64,000 nt of DNA. Origin: Sulfurimicrobium sp. (GTDB lineage Bacteria > Pseudomonadota > Gammaproteobacteria > Burkholderiales > Sulfuricellaceae). The stretch covers positions 45,880 through 109,879 of the forward strand of contig JAUSBJ010000036.1 of NCBI GenBank assembly GCA_030652035.1. Direction: 5' to 3'. The position numbers and the translations under genes were made by a program. Below the pieces are notes generated by a model that saw nothing but the letters and a program-made list of their open reading frames with translations, had not been told where the DNA came from and did not search any database. Below, piece after piece: positions 1 to 11,254 of the stretch; positions within the stretch are counted from its first letter, which is position 1, and each line of letters opens with the position of its first letter.

Positions 1-268
1 GATCGCCCAGTTGTGCGGCTTTCCGGGAAAACTGGGCATGGACGGCTCCAAGGTATGGGACGCTTTCCAGAACGGCGAAATCATCGCCATCCGTAATTAC
101 TGCGAGACCGACGTGGTCAACACCTACCTGGTATTCCTGCGTTTCCAGCTGATGCGCGGCGCGCTCACGCCGGCGCAGTACCAGGAAGAATGCAATCTGG
201 TGCGAAGCCAACTGGAAAAGATCGATGCCGTCCACTGGCGTGAATTCCTGGCTGCCTGGACCGCCTGA
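1..268 (+). CDS. PolB-like 3'-5' exonuclease family protein, C-terminal part (5'-truncated by window)
   Basis: Motifs FPGKLGMDGSKV and IRNYCETDV (ExoIII-like YC..D); the frame is open to the window edge. Confidence 0.75.
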   Translation, partial: IAQLCGFPGKLGMDGSKVWDAFQNGEIIAIRNYCETDVVNTYLVFLRFQLMRGALTPAQYQEECNLVRSQLEKIDAVHWREFLAAWTA

Positions 269-274
269 TTCATC

Positions 275-661
275 ATGGTTTACCGCAAGACATGGCTGGC
301 TGCCGGCTGGCTGCTCATTTTCCTGATCAGCTATATCTCGCTCATCCCCTCGCCGCCCGCGCCCATGCGCTTCCCCCATGCCGACAAGCTGGAACACCTG
401 ATCTCCTATGCCCTGCTGATGGGCTGGTTCTGCCAGATTTACGCCGCGCGCGGGCAACGCATCTACCTCGCCCTCGCCTGTATTGCCTTCGGCGGGGTTA
501 TCGAGCTCTTGCAAGGCTGGAGCGGCTACCGTACCGCAGACTGGCTGGATTTGCTGGCGGACAGCCTGGGCGTCGCGCTCGGCTGGCTGCTGAACACCAC
601 TTCCCTGCAACATTTTCTAACCCGTTTGGACGCAAGATTGGCTTCACATCATGATCGTTAG
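275..661 (+). CDS. VanZ-family membrane protein
   Basis: DKLEH...Y, IELLQ...R.ADW.DL.AD motifs and hydrophobic segments. Confidence 0.8.
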   Translation: MVYRKTWLAAGWLLIFLISYISLIPSPPAPMRFPHADKLEHLISYALLMGWFCQIYAARGQRIYLALACIAFGGVIELLQGWSGYRTADWLDLLADSLGVALGWLLNTTSLQHFLTRLDARLASHHDR

Positions 662-1949
662 CATCGAATCCCTGGACCACGAAGGCCGTGGCATCACCCA
701 CGTGGATGGCAAGGTGATTTTCATCGAAGGCGCACTGCCCGGCGAGGAAGTCACCTATACCGTATACAAGAAAAAATCCAGCTACGAAATGGCCACCATG
801 AAGGAAGTCACGCGCGCCAGCTTCATGCGCGTCACCCCCAAATGCCCGCACTTCGGCATATGCGGCGGCTGCAGCTTGCAGCACCTGGAGGAATCCGGCC
901 AGGTCGCGGTGAAACAGCGGGTGCTGGAAGACGACCTGTGGCACATCGGCAAGGTCAGGGCGCAATCCATCCTGCAAGCCATCCACGGCGAAGCCTGGGG
1001 CTATCGACAGCGCGCCCGGATCTCGGTGAAAGACATGTCGAAGAAGAAAGACAAGGTTCTGGTCGGTTTCCACGAAAAACGCAGCAGCTTCGTGGTCGAC
1101 ATGCACCGCTGCGAAGTCCTGCCGCCGCATATCTCCGCCCTGATCGAGCCGCTGGGCCAGTTGATCGGGCAGCTCTCCATCCGGGCACGGCTGCCGCAAA
1201 TCGAAATCGCGCTGGGGCAAGACGTGAACGTGCTGGTGCTGCGCATCATGGACCCGCTCACACCCGACGACGAAGGCCTTCTCAAGGCCTTCGCGGACCA
1301 GCACAAGGTCCAGTTCTGGACCCAGACCAAGGGGCCGGACACGGTGCGGCCTTTCTATCCCCTGGACGCGCCGCCGCTGAACTACACCCTGCCCGAGTTT
1401 GGCATCACCATGCCGTTCCAGCCCACCGAATTTACCCAGGTCAACCCGGTCATTAACCGCCTGCTGGTGCGCCGCGCCCTGGCCCTGCTCGACCCGCAGC
1501 CGGGCGAGCGTATCGCCGACCTGTTCTGCGGCCTGGGCAATTTCACCCTGCCCATCGCGCGGCGCGGCGCGACAGTGGTCGGCGTGGAAGGCAGCGCCGC
1601 GCTAGTGGCCCGCGCCGTGTCGAACGCCGAATACAACGGCCTGGCGCATCGGGCAGAATTCAGGCAGGCAGACCTGTTCCAGGCCACCCCGGAAAGCCTG
1701 GCCGCGCTCGGCCATTTCGACAAAATGTTGATCGATCCGCCGCGCGACGGCGCGGCTGAGCTCATCAGGGCGCTGGAAGGCAATGGGCCTAAGCGCATCG
1801 TGTATGTTTCCTGCAACCCCTCTACCCTGGCACGCGACGCCGCCCTGCTGGTGCACGCTCAGGGATATATCCTCAAGGCTGCAGGTGTAGCCAATATGTT
1901 CCCGCATACCGCCCATGTCGAATCCATTGCGCTGTTCGAGAAAGAATAA
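651..1949 (+). CDS. rlmD: 23S rRNA (uracil1939-C5)-methyltransferase
   Basis: TRAM N-terminus, [10 protein letters not shown] Fe-S motif, [31 protein letters not shown]. Confidence 0.95.
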   Translation: MIVSIESLDHEGRGITHVDGKVIFIEGALPGEEVTYTVYKKKSSYEMATMKEVTRASFMRVTPKCPHFGICGGCSLQHLEESGQVAVKQRVLEDDLWHIGKVRAQSILQAIHGEAWGYRQRARISVKDMSKKKDKVLVGFHEKRSSFVVDMHRCEVLPPHISALIEPLGQLIGQLSIRARLPQIEIALGQDVNVLVLRIMDPLTPDDEGLLKAFADQHKVQFWTQTKGPDTVRPFYPLDAPPLNYTLPEFGITMPFQPTEFTQVNPVINRLLVRRALALLDPQPGERIADLFCGLGNFTLPIARRGATVVGVEGSAALVARAVSNAEYNGLAHRAEFRQADLFQATPESLAALGHFDKMLIDPPRDGAAELIRALEGNGPKRIVYVSCNPSTLARDAALLVHAQGYILKAAGVANMFPHTAHVESIALFEKE

Positions 1950-1978
1950 CCGGCAGACATTAGGTTCATCAGGACAAT

Positions 1979-2010
1979 AAAAAAACCCCGCCTTCCGGAA
2001 AAGGCGGGGT
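1979..2010 (-). terminator. Intrinsic terminator for rne
   Basis: A7-CCCCGCCTT-ccggaa-AAGGCGGGG; the U-tract lies on the minus strand. Confidence 0.8.
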
Positions 2011-2023
2011 CAGTCGGCTGACT

Positions 2024-2046
2024 GAGGGGCCGGAGCCCCTCTTTTT
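2024..2046 (+). terminator. Intrinsic terminator for rlmD
   Basis: GAGGGGC-cgga-GCCCCTC-TTTTT. Confidence 0.7.
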
Positions 2047-2061
2047 ATTATTTGAACCAGG

Positions 2062-4935
2062 CTACTCCGATTCGGATTTGCGCGTTTCCACCTGCATGAG
2101 CGGTTCGGATGGCTCCACCTTGACCGCTTTCTGGCGAGCAGGCCGCGGCTTTGGCGTGGCCGTCGCAGCGGCTTCAGCCGCTTCGGCTTCCAGCCGCTGC
2201 AGGCGCTCGGCCTTGGTTTCCACCTGCACCAAGCCGCCCTCAGCAGGCTCAGTCGCTGCGGCAACAGCAGGGCGACGGCGGCGGCGTGGCGCACGGATTT
2301 TTGCCGGCTGTTCCTCTTCAGCTCCGGCCGCAACAGGTGCTGCCACGGTTTCGACCTGCTGAAGCGACGAGACCGGTTCTGCCGGAATTACCGCAGGGGC
2401 GGCCTGGGCCGGAACTTCGGGAGCGGCAGCCGCGACAGGTGCCGGAGCTTCCACTACGGCTTCTGCTTCAGGTTCCGCGACTTGAGGCGCCGTTACTTCT
2501 GGTTCCGCAGCCGCGACTTCCACGACTTCGGGTTCCGCCGCCACAGCCTGTGTTTCTGGCTGCGACTGGGCAATCTCTTCAGAAACTTTCACCGGTGCAG
2601 TCGCTTCCGCAACGGCGGGAACAACGATGGCGGGTGCCTGAGCTTCAACCCTGGGCTCTACTTCTGGCGCTTCGACTTGTAGCGTCTGCACCACAACCGG
2701 TGTTTCCGGCTGTAACCTGGAAACATCCTCAGGCACTGCCGCAGGTGCAGTCGTTTCCATCATCGCAGCGGATGCATCAGCCTGCTCCACCATGACTGGC
2801 GTGGCAATTACTTCACGCTTCACCACTTCGGCTTCACCAGGTGCACCACTGTCCGCGCGCACTTCCTCACGCCGTTCACGCTCACGCCTTCCGCCGCGGC
2901 GGTTGCGCTTGCCGCGACCCTCGGTGCCACTTTCTCCGGCGGCCTGCTGAGACCCTTTTTCTGCAATGGCAGCCGCCTGCGGCGCAGCGCGTTCGGCTTT
3001 AGCAGCAAGTTCTTTCCTGAGATCGCCACGCCCCTCACCGCGTTCTCCACGATCCCGGCTTTCGGCTTTCTCCGCGCCTTTCTCCGCGCGTTCAGGACGT
3101 TCGCCTCGACCCTCTCCCTGGCCTCCACCGCGGCGCTGCTGACCGCGTCCGCCTTGCTCCTGGCCCTGGCGTGGAGCACGCTCCGGACGACGTTCACGCT
3201 GAGTCTTCGCCTTGGGTTTCTCGACCGGCACTTCTTCCTTGGCTGCACCCAACTTTTGCAGCCATCCCTTGATTTTGCCAAAAATGGATGGCGTTTCGAG
3301 CACCGGTTCAGGCCGTGTCGGCGCTGGCTGCGCCGGAGTAATGCCACGCACTGCGGCCTGCGGGCGTGCCGGCTTGATTTCCTGTGACGGGGTAGCCGCC
3401 TCTGCCGTTTCCGCAGGAAGCTCGACCATTTTGTAGCTGGGTAGCGCACCTTCGGCGACATCTTCATGACGCAAACGGACGATGGAGTAATGCGGCGTTT
3501 CGAGGTGAATATTAGGAATCAGCACCACGCTGACCTTGTGGCGCGATTCGATGCCGTAGATATCTGCACGCTTCTCGTTGAGCAGGAAAGTGGCAACATC
3601 CACCGGCACCTGGGCGTGAATGGCGGAGCTGTTCTCCTTCATTGCCTCTTCCTGCAGGATGCGCAGGATGTGCAATGCTGAAGACTCGGCCCCGCGGATA
3701 TGGCCGGTGCCATGGCAGCGCGGGCAGGGAATGTGGCTGGTTTCGCCCAGCGATGGCTGGAGACGCTGGCGCGAAAGTTCGAGCAGGCCGAAACGGGAAA
3801 TCTTGCCCATCTGCACCCGCGCCCGGTCATGGTGCAGCGCATCTCGCAGGCGGTTTTCAACTTCTCGCTGGTTTTTCTGGCTTTCCATGTCGATAAAATC
3901 GATCACCACCAAGCCACCCAAATCGCGCAGGCGCAACTGACGGCCGATTTCGTCCGATGCTTCGAGATTGGTATTGAACGCGGTCTGCTCGATGTCCGAC
4001 CCGCGCGTGGCGCGGGCTGAGTTGACGTCCACCGAGACCAGCGCCTCGGTGTGGTCGATCACGATGGCACCGCCGGAAGGCAGGGAAACTTCGCGCGAAA
4101 AAGCGGTTTCGATCTGGTGTTCGATCTGGAAGCGCGAGAACAGCGGTACATCATCGGAATAGAGTTTGACCTTGCCCACATTGTTGGGCATGACGTGGCT
4201 CATGAACTGCATGGCTTGTTCGTGAACATCAGCGGTATCGATCAGGATCTCGCCGATATCCGGCTGGAAATAGTCGCGAATGGCGCGGATCACCAGGCTG
4301 CCTTCCTGATAGATGAGGAAAGCGCCGCTCTGAATGGTGGAAGCGCCTTCAATGGCGCGCCACAACTGGAGCAGGTAATTCATGTCCCATTGCAGTTCTT
4401 CGAGGGTGCGGCCAATGCCAGCGGTACGGGCAATGATGCTCATGCCGGCAGGCACGTCCAGCTGCGACATGGTTTCGCGCAATTCTTCGCGATCTTCGCC
4501 CTCGATGCGGCGCGATACGCCACCGCCACGGGGATTGTTGGGCATCAGGACGAGATAGCGCCCGGCCAGGCTGATGAAGGTGGTCAACGCGGCGCCCTTG
4601 TTGCCGCGCTCGTCCTTCTCGACCTGGACGATGATTTCCTGGCCTTCTTTCAGCGCATCCTGAATACGCGCCTTGGAAACTTCAACGCCTTCGGGCAGCT
4701 TGAAGAAACTGCGCGCAACTTCCTTGAATGGCAGGAAACCGTGACGGTCCGTACCATAGTCGATGAAGGCAGCTTCCAGGGAAGGTTCGATGCGGGTGAT
4801 GACACCCTTGTAGATATTGCTCTTGCGTTGCTCTTTTCCGGCTGATTCGATGTCGAGATCGATCAATTTCTGACCGTCGACAATCGCGACGCGCAACTCC
4901 TCAGCTTGGGTTGCGTTGAACAGCATACGTTTCAT
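2062..4935 (-). CDS. rne: Ribonuclease E
   Basis: [17 protein letters not shown] start, S1 domain, DVNS and IDFIDM catalytic motifs, CPRC Zn link, long R-rich/acidic disordered C-terminus; start moved from 4989 to 4935. Confidence 0.97.
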   Translation of the reverse strand: MKRMLFNATQAEELRVAIVDGQKLIDLDIESAGKEQRKSNIYKGVITRIEPSLEAAFIDYGTDRHGFLPFKEVARSFFKLPEGVEVSKARIQDALKEGQEIIVQVEKDERGNKGAALTTFISLAGRYLVLMPNNPRGGGVSRRIEGEDREELRETMSQLDVPAGMSIIARTAGIGRTLEELQWDMNYLLQLWRAIEGASTIQSGAFLIYQEGSLVIRAIRDYFQPDIGEILIDTADVHEQAMQFMSHVMPNNVGKVKLYSDDVPLFSRFQIEHQIETAFSREVSLPSGGAIVIDHTEALVSVDVNSARATRGSDIEQTAFNTNLEASDEIGRQLRLRDLGGLVVIDFIDMESQKNQREVENRLRDALHHDRARVQMGKISRFGLLELSRQRLQPSLGETSHIPCPRCHGTGHIRGAESSALHILRILQEEAMKENSSAIHAQVPVDVATFLLNEKRADIYGIESRHKVSVVLIPNIHLETPHYSIVRLRHEDVAEGALPSYKMVELPAETAEAATPSQEIKPARPQAAVRGITPAQPAPTRPEPVLETPSIFGKIKGWLQKLGAAKEEVPVEKPKAKTQRERRPERAPRQGQEQGGRGQQRRGGGQGEGRGERPERAEKGAEKAESRDRGERGEGRGDLRKELAAKAERAAPQAAAIAEKGSQQAAGESGTEGRGKRNRRGGRRERERREEVRADSGAPGEAEVVKREVIATPVMVEQADASAAMMETTAPAAVPEDVSRLQPETPVVVQTLQVEAPEVEPRVEAQAPAIVVPAVAEATAPVKVSEEIAQSQPETQAVAAEPEVVEVAAAEPEVTAPQVAEPEAEAVVEAPAPVAAAAPEVPAQAAPAVIPAEPVSSLQQVETVAAPVAAGAEEEQPAKIRAPRRRRRPAVAAATEPAEGGLVQVETKAERLQRLEAEAAEAAATATPKPRPARQKAVKVEPSEPLMQVETRKSESE

Positions 4936-5449
4936 TACATATTTCCCCCGCGCGCTCCACGGGGCAAAACAACCCGCCTCGCAGTCCATAAAGATCCACG
5001 AGACCGGAAAGTTATTTCGGTTGAATCATTAGGTTATGATTTTCAGCCAACTTCAAGACCGGGTTGTTTCCAGAAATTTTTTCGTTCGGCACCAGAACCT
5101 GTGCATGGACACAATGCATCATTCTCAACGCATTCAAATGCCATGCCACAACCCAAATACATTTAAAAGCCCCGGAACCAAACCGGGACTCATCCCCACC
5201 GCGTTCAGGCTCAAAAATCGGCCAGGAGGAACGTCTTATGCGGGGCGTATCGTTCGGGCAAAACTTGAAAATATCGCCTGTTTAGAGCGCGTAATTATCA
5301 CTATCGCTACTTTAAAATAGGTGAGCGTTATAACCAGACCAGCCAGTGATTACAAGTATTTGAAAAACCGGCTGTTTTGTTACTGAAACCGTGCTGTGGC
5401 CGGATTATATGAGTTCCCATCCCGGCACAACCCGGCTAGTATAAGCAAA

Positions 5450-6412
5450 ATGAATGAATTGGGCAAAAATTCCGTCTCCATGGTCACCATAGGCGAAGAC
5501 GGCGAAGGTCAGCGCATCGACAACTACCTGCTGAAGCGGCTCAAGGGCGTCCCCAAAAGCCATGTTTACCGGATCTTGCGCAAGGGAGAGGTACGCGCCA
5601 ACAAGAAGCGCGTCGACGCCACTTATCGGCTGGTTCTGGGCGACGTGCTGCGCATACCGCCAGTGCAGATGGCACGGCGCGAGCCCGTCAGTCCCCAGCC
5701 TGTCACCGCCAGGCTGGCATCCTGCACCATCTTCGAAGACAGCGCCCTTCTGGTGATCAACAAGCCCTCGGGCATGGCGGTGCATGGCGGCAGCGGCATC
5801 AGCCGCGGCGTCATCGAACAGCTCCGCCTGGAGCGCCCCGAACTAAAATTTCTCGAACTGGCCCACCGCCTCGACCGCGAAACCTCCGGCGTGCTGCTGC
5901 TGGCGAAGAAGCGCAGCGCCCTGGTCAAACTGCACGAAGCCATGCGCGAGGGGGGAATGGACAAGTTTTATTACACGCTGGTCAAGGGCGCATGGCAGGA
6001 CGCGCGCCGCCATGTAAAGCTTTCTTTGTTCAAATACCTGACAGCGGACGGCGAACGCCGCGTCAGCGTGCGCGAAGACGGCCAGGCTTCACACACCATC
6101 TTTACCCTGCAAAAACGCTGGCAGGATTTCAGCCTGCTTGAGGCTGAACTCAAGACCGGGCGCACCCACCAGATCCGCGTACATCTCTCCCATCTGGGTT
6201 TCCCCATCGCGGGCGACGACAAATACGGCGACTTCGCCCTGAACAAGGAATTGCAGCGCAAAGGCTTGAAACGCATGTTCCTGCACGCACATAAGGCGGT
6301 AATCCAGCACCCGATCAGCGGCGAGCAACTTACCCTCGAAGCACCGCTGCCGCAGGAACTGGAAAAATTCTTGAATTCTCTGGACAAGCAAAGCAATGCC
6401 GAAACAATTTGA
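5450..6412 (+). CDS. rluC: 23S rRNA pseudouridine synthase RluC
   Basis: S4 domain (GQRIDNYL), HRLDRETSG, TGRTHQIRVH; divergent from rne, the usual arrangement. Confidence 0.92.
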   Translation: MNELGKNSVSMVTIGEDGEGQRIDNYLLKRLKGVPKSHVYRILRKGEVRANKKRVDATYRLVLGDVLRIPPVQMARREPVSPQPVTARLASCTIFEDSALLVINKPSGMAVHGGSGISRGVIEQLRLERPELKFLELAHRLDRETSGVLLLAKKRSALVKLHEAMREGGMDKFYYTLVKGAWQDARRHVKLSLFKYLTADGERRVSVREDGQASHTIFTLQKRWQDFSLLEAELKTGRTHQIRVHLSHLGFPIAGDDKYGDFALNKELQRKGLKRMFLHAHKAVIQHPISGEQLTLEAPLPQELEKFLNSLDKQSNAETI

Positions 6413-7052
6413 TCTGCTGGTTTTTGACTGGGATGGCACCCTGATGGACTCGGCAGCCACCATCGTGGCTGCCATTCAGGCTGCCAGCCGGGATATCGGC
6501 GCGGACGAGCCCAGCGAAGCTGCGGCACGGCATATCATCGGCCTGGGCCTGAACGAGGCGATTGCCGCCCTCTTTCCCGACATGGCTGCGGCGGATTACA
6601 GTCGCCTGGCCGATCGCTACCGTGTCCATTTCATGGCCCAGGACGCTGAAATACCGCTATTTGCCGGCGCCGAAGAAGCGATTCGGGAGTTACACGCGGC
6701 AGGCTTCATGCTCGCCGTCGCCACCGGCAAAGGCCGCCACGGTCTTGACCGCGTGCTCGATCATACTGGCCTGAGGCCCTATTTCCATGCCACGCGCTGT
6801 GCCGACGAGAGTTTTTCCAAGCCGCATCCCCAGATGCTGCTGGAACTGATGGAACGATTGGATGCCTCACCTGACAAAACCCTCATGATCGGCGACACCA
6901 GCCACGACCTGCAAATGGCTGTCAACGCCGGGGTGCCCAGCCTGGGCGCAGCTTATGGCGCCCATCCAAGAGAAGGCCTTGTGGGGTTTGCCCCCCTTGC
7001 CTGTGCCGACACTTTCGGCGAATTGCATCAATGGTTGCGTGAGAACGCCTGA
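6396..7052 (+). CDS. HAD-IA family phosphatase
   Basis: FDWDGTL, SKPHP, MIGD motifs. Confidence 0.9.
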   Translation: MPKQFDLLVFDWDGTLMDSAATIVAAIQAASRDIGADEPSEAAARHIIGLGLNEAIAALFPDMAAADYSRLADRYRVHFMAQDAEIPLFAGAEEAIRELHAAGFMLAVATGKGRHGLDRVLDHTGLRPYFHATRCADESFSKPHPQMLLELMERLDASPDKTLMIGDTSHDLQMAVNAGVPSLGAAYGAHPREGLVGFAPLACADTFGELHQWLRENA

Positions 7053-7145
7053 TAAACCACTGTTTGACATATTAAGGCTGCATCATGGGCCAATTCGGGT
7101 AAAATAACCCCCCTTCAAAATCATCACCAAGAGAAGCCGACAACC

Positions 7146-8090
7146 ATGTCCGATCCCGACAACTGGGAACGCAAAACCCTCGAGAAACTTGCCTTCTCCG
7201 CGCTTCAGGAACAACGCCGCGCGCGCCACTGGGGCATTTTTTTCAAACTCCTGACATTCATCTATCTGCTCGTGCTGCTGGCGCTAGCCATGGGCTGGAT
7301 GGATCATGGGGAAATGCCCAAATCCGGCAAACATACCGCTGTCGTGGACCTGCACGGTGTCATCGGCATCGGCGCGGACACCAATGCCGAACGGGTGATC
7401 AACGGCTTGCAGGCCGCCTTCAAGGACAAGAACACCCAGGGCGTCATTCTGCGCATCAATAGCCCGGGAGGGAGTCCGGTACAAGCGGGTTATATCAACG
7501 ACGAAATCCGCCGCCTGCGCGCCAACCATCCCAACACGCCGCTGTATGCCGTAGTGGAGGATATTTGCGCTTCAGGCGGATATTACGTCGCCGCAGCGAC
7601 GGACAAGATTTACGTCGATAAGGCCAGCATTGTCGGTTCGATCGGCGTGATCATGGACAGCTTCGGCTTTACCGGCACCATGGACAAACTGGGGGTCGAG
7701 CGCCGCCTGCTGGCAGCGGGAGAAAACAAGGGGTTTCTTGACCCATTCTCCCCGGCCAACCCGAAACAGGAAGAGTATGCCAAGGAGATGCTGGGCGAGA
7801 TTCACAACCAGTTCATCCAGGTCGTGCGCCAGGGCCGAGGCAAGCGTCTCAAGGAAACCCCGGAAATGTTCAGCGGCCTGGTCTGGAGTGGCGAAAAAAG
7901 CATCCAGCTCGGGCTGGCGGATGGCTTGGGCAGCGCCGAATACGTTGCGCGCGAAGTCATCAAGGCCGAGAACATGATGGATTTCACACCGCAGGAAGGT
8001 TTTGCCGAGCGCGTAGCCAAACGCTTTGGTGCGGCAATGGCCAAAAGCTGGCTTGCCCCTCTCTCGTCCAGTTCGGTCAGTTTGCATTAA
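7146..8090 (+). CDS. S49 family peptidase (SppA-like)
   Basis: N-terminal TM helix, INSPGGS, ASGGY, VGSIGV. Confidence 0.92.
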   Translation: MSDPDNWERKTLEKLAFSALQEQRRARHWGIFFKLLTFIYLLVLLALAMGWMDHGEMPKSGKHTAVVDLHGVIGIGADTNAERVINGLQAAFKDKNTQGVILRINSPGGSPVQAGYINDEIRRLRANHPNTPLYAVVEDICASGGYYVAAATDKIYVDKASIVGSIGVIMDSFGFTGTMDKLGVERRLLAAGENKGFLDPFSPANPKQEEYAKEMLGEIHNQFIQVVRQGRGKRLKETPEMFSGLVWSGEKSIQLGLADGLGSAEYVAREVIKAENMMDFTPQEGFAERVAKRFGAAMAKSWLAPLSSSSVSLH

Positions 8091-8135
8091 CCCCGCCTTT
8101 GGAGGCCGCGCCTCCAGAGACGTGAAGGAGAAGTC

Positions 8136-10382
8136 ATGCGATTCCGTTTTCCCGTAGTTATCATCGACGAAGATTTCCGCTCTGAAAATGCGAGCGGCAT
8201 CGGCGTGCGCGTGCTGGTCAAGGCCATCGAGGAAGAAGGCCTTGAGGTCCTGGGCGCCACCAGTTACGGCGACCTGACCTCATTCGCCCAGCAACAGAGC
8301 CGGGCTTCGACCTTCATCCTGTCGATCGACGACGAGGAGTTCACCACGCCCGAACTGGCGGAGCATGCCGTGGCCCAGATTCGCGCCTTTGTCGAGGAAA
8401 TCCGCCGCCGCAACGCCGAGATCCCGATTTTCCTGTATGGCGAAACGCGCACCTCGCGCCACATCCCCAACGATGTGCTGAAGGAATTGCACGGCTTCAT
8501 TCACATGTTCGAGGACACCCCCGAGTTCATCGCCCGCTACGTGGTGCGCGAAGCCAAGGCCTACCTGGATTCGCTGGCGCCGCCCTTCTTCCGCGCCCTG
8601 ACGCATTATGCGGCGGACGGCTCCTATTCCTGGCATTGCCCCGGCCACTCCGGCGGCGTGGCCTTTCTCAAAAGCCCGGTGGGACAGATGTTCCACCAGT
8701 TTTTCGGCGAGAACATGTTGCGCGCCGACGTGTGCAACGCAGTGGAAGAACTCGGCCAGTTGCTCGACCACACCGGCCCGGTAGCGGCCTCGGAGCGCAA
8801 CGCAGCGCGTATCTTCAACACGGATCACCTGTATTTCGTCACCAACGGGACCTCCACTTCCAACAAAATGGTGTGGCATTCCACCGTGGCGCCGGGCGAC
8901 GTAGTGGTTGTGGATCGCAATTGCCACAAGTCGATTCTCCACGCCATTATCATGACTGGGGCGATTCCCGTGTTCCTGACCCCGACGCGCAATCACTACG
9001 GCATCATCGGGCCGATCCCGCTGGAAGAATTCAAATGGGAAAACATCAAGAAAAAGATTGAAGCCAACCCTTTTGCGCGCGAAGCCAAGGGTTCGCCGCG
9101 CGTGCTCACCATCACCCAGAGCACTTACGACGGCGTGATCTACAACGTGGAAACCATCAAGGGGATGCTGGACGGCAAGATCGACACCCTGCACTTCGAC
9201 GAAGCCTGGCTGCCGCACGCCACTTTCCACGAGTTCTACAAGGATATGCACGCCATCGGCAAGGACAGGCCGCGTCCCAAGGAATCCACCATTTTCGCCA
9301 CCCAGTCCACCCACAAGCTGCTGGCAGGCCTGTCGCAGGCCTCGCAGATCCTGGTGCAGGATTCTGACACCGGAAAATTTGACCGCGACGTGTTCAACGA
9401 AGCCTACCTGATGCACACCTCCACCAGCCCGCAATATGCCATCATCGCCTCGTGCGACGTGGCGGCGGCGATGATGGAGCCGCCCGGCGGCACCTCGCTG
9501 GTGGAAGAATCCATCCTCGAAGCGCTCGATTTCCGCCGCGCCATGCGCAAGGTGGACGAAGAATTCGGCGATTCCTGGTGGTTCAAGGTATGGGGCCCTG
9601 AAAACCTTGCCGAGGAAGGCATCGGCAGCCGCGAAGACTGGATGCTGCACGACAACGAGCACTGGCACGGCTTCGGCAACCTGGCGCCGGGCTTCAACAT
9701 GCTCGACCCGATCAAAGCCACCATCATCACCCCGGGGCTAAGCATGGAGGGTGGTTTCTCCGAGTCCGGCATCCCGGCAGGAATCGTCACCAAATACCTG
9801 GCGGAGCACGGCGTGATCGTGGAGAAAACCGGGCTGTATTCCTTCTTCATCATGTTCACCATCGGCATCACCAAGGGCCGCTGGAACACCATGCTCACCG
9901 AGCTGCAGCAGTTCAAGGACGACTACGACCGCAACCAGCCGCTGTGGCGCGTGCTGCCGGAATTCGTCGCCAAGCATCCGCGCTACGAGCGAGTCGGGCT
10001 GAAGGACCTTTCCGACAGCATCCACGGCATCTACAAGGCGAATGACATTGCGCGCCTGACCACGGAAATGTATCTCTCCAACATGGAGCCCGCAATGAAG
10101 CCGACCGATGCTTTCGCCAAAATGGCGCATCGCGAAATCGACCGGGTGGAAATCGACGATCTGGCCGGCCGCGTCACCAGCGTGCTGCTCACGCCCTATC
10201 CACCGGGCATACCGCTTCTGATCCCGGGCGAGCGTTTCAACACCACCATTGTGCGTTACCTCAAGTTCGCTCGTGATTTCAACGAAAAATTTCCGGGTTT
10301 CGAGACCGATATTCACGGGCTGGTGCAGGAATCCGCAGATGGCAAGAAACGCTATTACGTGGATTGCGTGCGGCAGAATTAA
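8136..10382 (+). CDS. Arginine/lysine/ornithine decarboxylase (PLP fold I with N-terminal wing domain)
   Basis: HCPGHSGG, DRNCHKS, HFDEAW, QSTHK, PYPPGIP. Confidence 0.93.
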   Translation: MRFRFPVVIIDEDFRSENASGIGVRVLVKAIEEEGLEVLGATSYGDLTSFAQQQSRASTFILSIDDEEFTTPELAEHAVAQIRAFVEEIRRRNAEIPIFLYGETRTSRHIPNDVLKELHGFIHMFEDTPEFIARYVVREAKAYLDSLAPPFFRALTHYAADGSYSWHCPGHSGGVAFLKSPVGQMFHQFFGENMLRADVCNAVEELGQLLDHTGPVAASERNAARIFNTDHLYFVTNGTSTSNKMVWHSTVAPGDVVVVDRNCHKSILHAIIMTGAIPVFLTPTRNHYGIIGPIPLEEFKWENIKKKIEANPFAREAKGSPRVLTITQSTYDGVIYNVETIKGMLDGKIDTLHFDEAWLPHATFHEFYKDMHAIGKDRPRPKESTIFATQSTHKLLAGLSQASQILVQDSDTGKFDRDVFNEAYLMHTSTSPQYAIIASCDVAAAMMEPPGGTSLVEESILEALDFRRAMRKVDEEFGDSWWFKVWGPENLAEEGIGSREDWMLHDNEHWHGFGNLAPGFNMLDPIKATIITPGLSMEGGFSESGIPAGIVTKYLAEHGVIVEKTGLYSFFIMFTIGITKGRWNTMLTELQQFKDDYDRNQPLWRVLPEFVAKHPRYERVGLKDLSDSIHGIYKANDIARLTTEMYLSNMEPAMKPTDAFAKMAHREIDRVEIDDLAGRVTSVLLTPYPPGIPLLIPGERFNTTIVRYLKFARDFNEKFPGFETDIHGLVQESADGKKRYYVDCVRQN

Positions 10383-10394
10383 GACTAGCTCTCC

Positions 10395-11138
10395 ATGAAA
10401 CTGCTGTCCTGGCTTGCTGGGGGTCTGCTTTACCTGGCATTCCTCGCTGCAACGGCGCCCGCCTCCACCCTGTTCTGGCTCGCCAACCGCTTTGCCGCTG
10501 CCGGCATTACGACAAGCGCCGCGTCAGGCACGCTGTGGCGCGGTGAAGCGCGGGACGTTTCCTTCACACCTCCGGGCGGCAAGGCCATCGGCCTGGAGCG
10601 GCTCGCCTGGAACATCCGGCCGCTCGGACTGGCGTTCGGGCAGTTGCCGGTCGATATCGAATTCAGCGGTACGGAAGCCAGGGGCCAGGGCACGCTGCGC
10701 CTGACCCCATCAGGACTGGACATCACCCAGCTCGACGCCACCCTGCCCGCCGTCTGGCTGGCACATATCCAGCCCCGGCTTGAAACTTTCCGGCTGGAGG
10801 GCGCGATTACGCTGCGCAGCAAGGAATTCTCCCTGCGCCAGGACCATTATCAGGGCCAGGGCGAAATTCTCTGGCAGCAGGCCGCCTTTGGCCTGAGCCA
10901 AGTCAAACCGGTCGGCAACTACCGTGGCGAAATCGGCGGCAAGGGAGAGCGCATCCAGCTCCAGCTCCAGACACAGAATGGGCCGTTGGAACTGGCTGGC
11001 AGCGGCACATGGTCAAAACAGTCCGGCATCCATTTCATCGGCACGGCAAAAGCGCGCGAGCGGGAAAGTGAATTGACGCCGCTGCTGCGCTTGCTGGGAA
11101 GACCCGACCCAAGCGGCTTTTATGCCCTTAAATTCTAG
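10395..11138 (+). CDS. gspN: Type II secretion protein N
   Basis: N-terminal TM then APA...SGTLWRG pattern; upstream of the gsp cluster. Confidence 0.8.
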   Translation: MKLLSWLAGGLLYLAFLAATAPASTLFWLANRFAAAGITTSAASGTLWRGEARDVSFTPPGGKAIGLERLAWNIRPLGLAFGQLPVDIEFSGTEARGQGTLRLTPSGLDITQLDATLPAVWLAHIQPRLETFRLEGAITLRSKEFSLRQDHYQGQGEILWQQAAFGLSQVKPVGNYRGEIGGKGERIQLQLQTQNGPLELAGSGTWSKQSGIHFIGTAKARERESELTPLLRLLGRPDPSGFYALKF

Positions 11139-11173
11139 AACCGGCCCTTCCCTTACCGTCTTTACGCACTGAA

Positions 11174-11200
11174 TTCATAAAAGCTTCAAATTTCCGTCAT
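11174..11200 (+). promoter_or_regulatory. Pho box (PhoB-type direct repeats)
   Basis: TTCAT (11174), TTCAA (11185), GTCAT (11196) at exact 11-bp period, about 55 bp upstream of a PhoX-family gene. Confidence 0.7.
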
Positions 11201-11254
11201 CTGTCCCGTGCAACATGCTGCCTTTTGCCAACCATCGCATCGGAGATTGACCAA

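Noticed and set aside
2062-3400. Repetitive A/E/P/V- and R-rich segment in rne
   Set aside because: Normal disordered RNase E scaffold region.
4936-5449. Structured rne leader RNA
   Set aside because: A long UTR is plausible by analogy with E. coli, but I could not identify a specific fold or family by eye.
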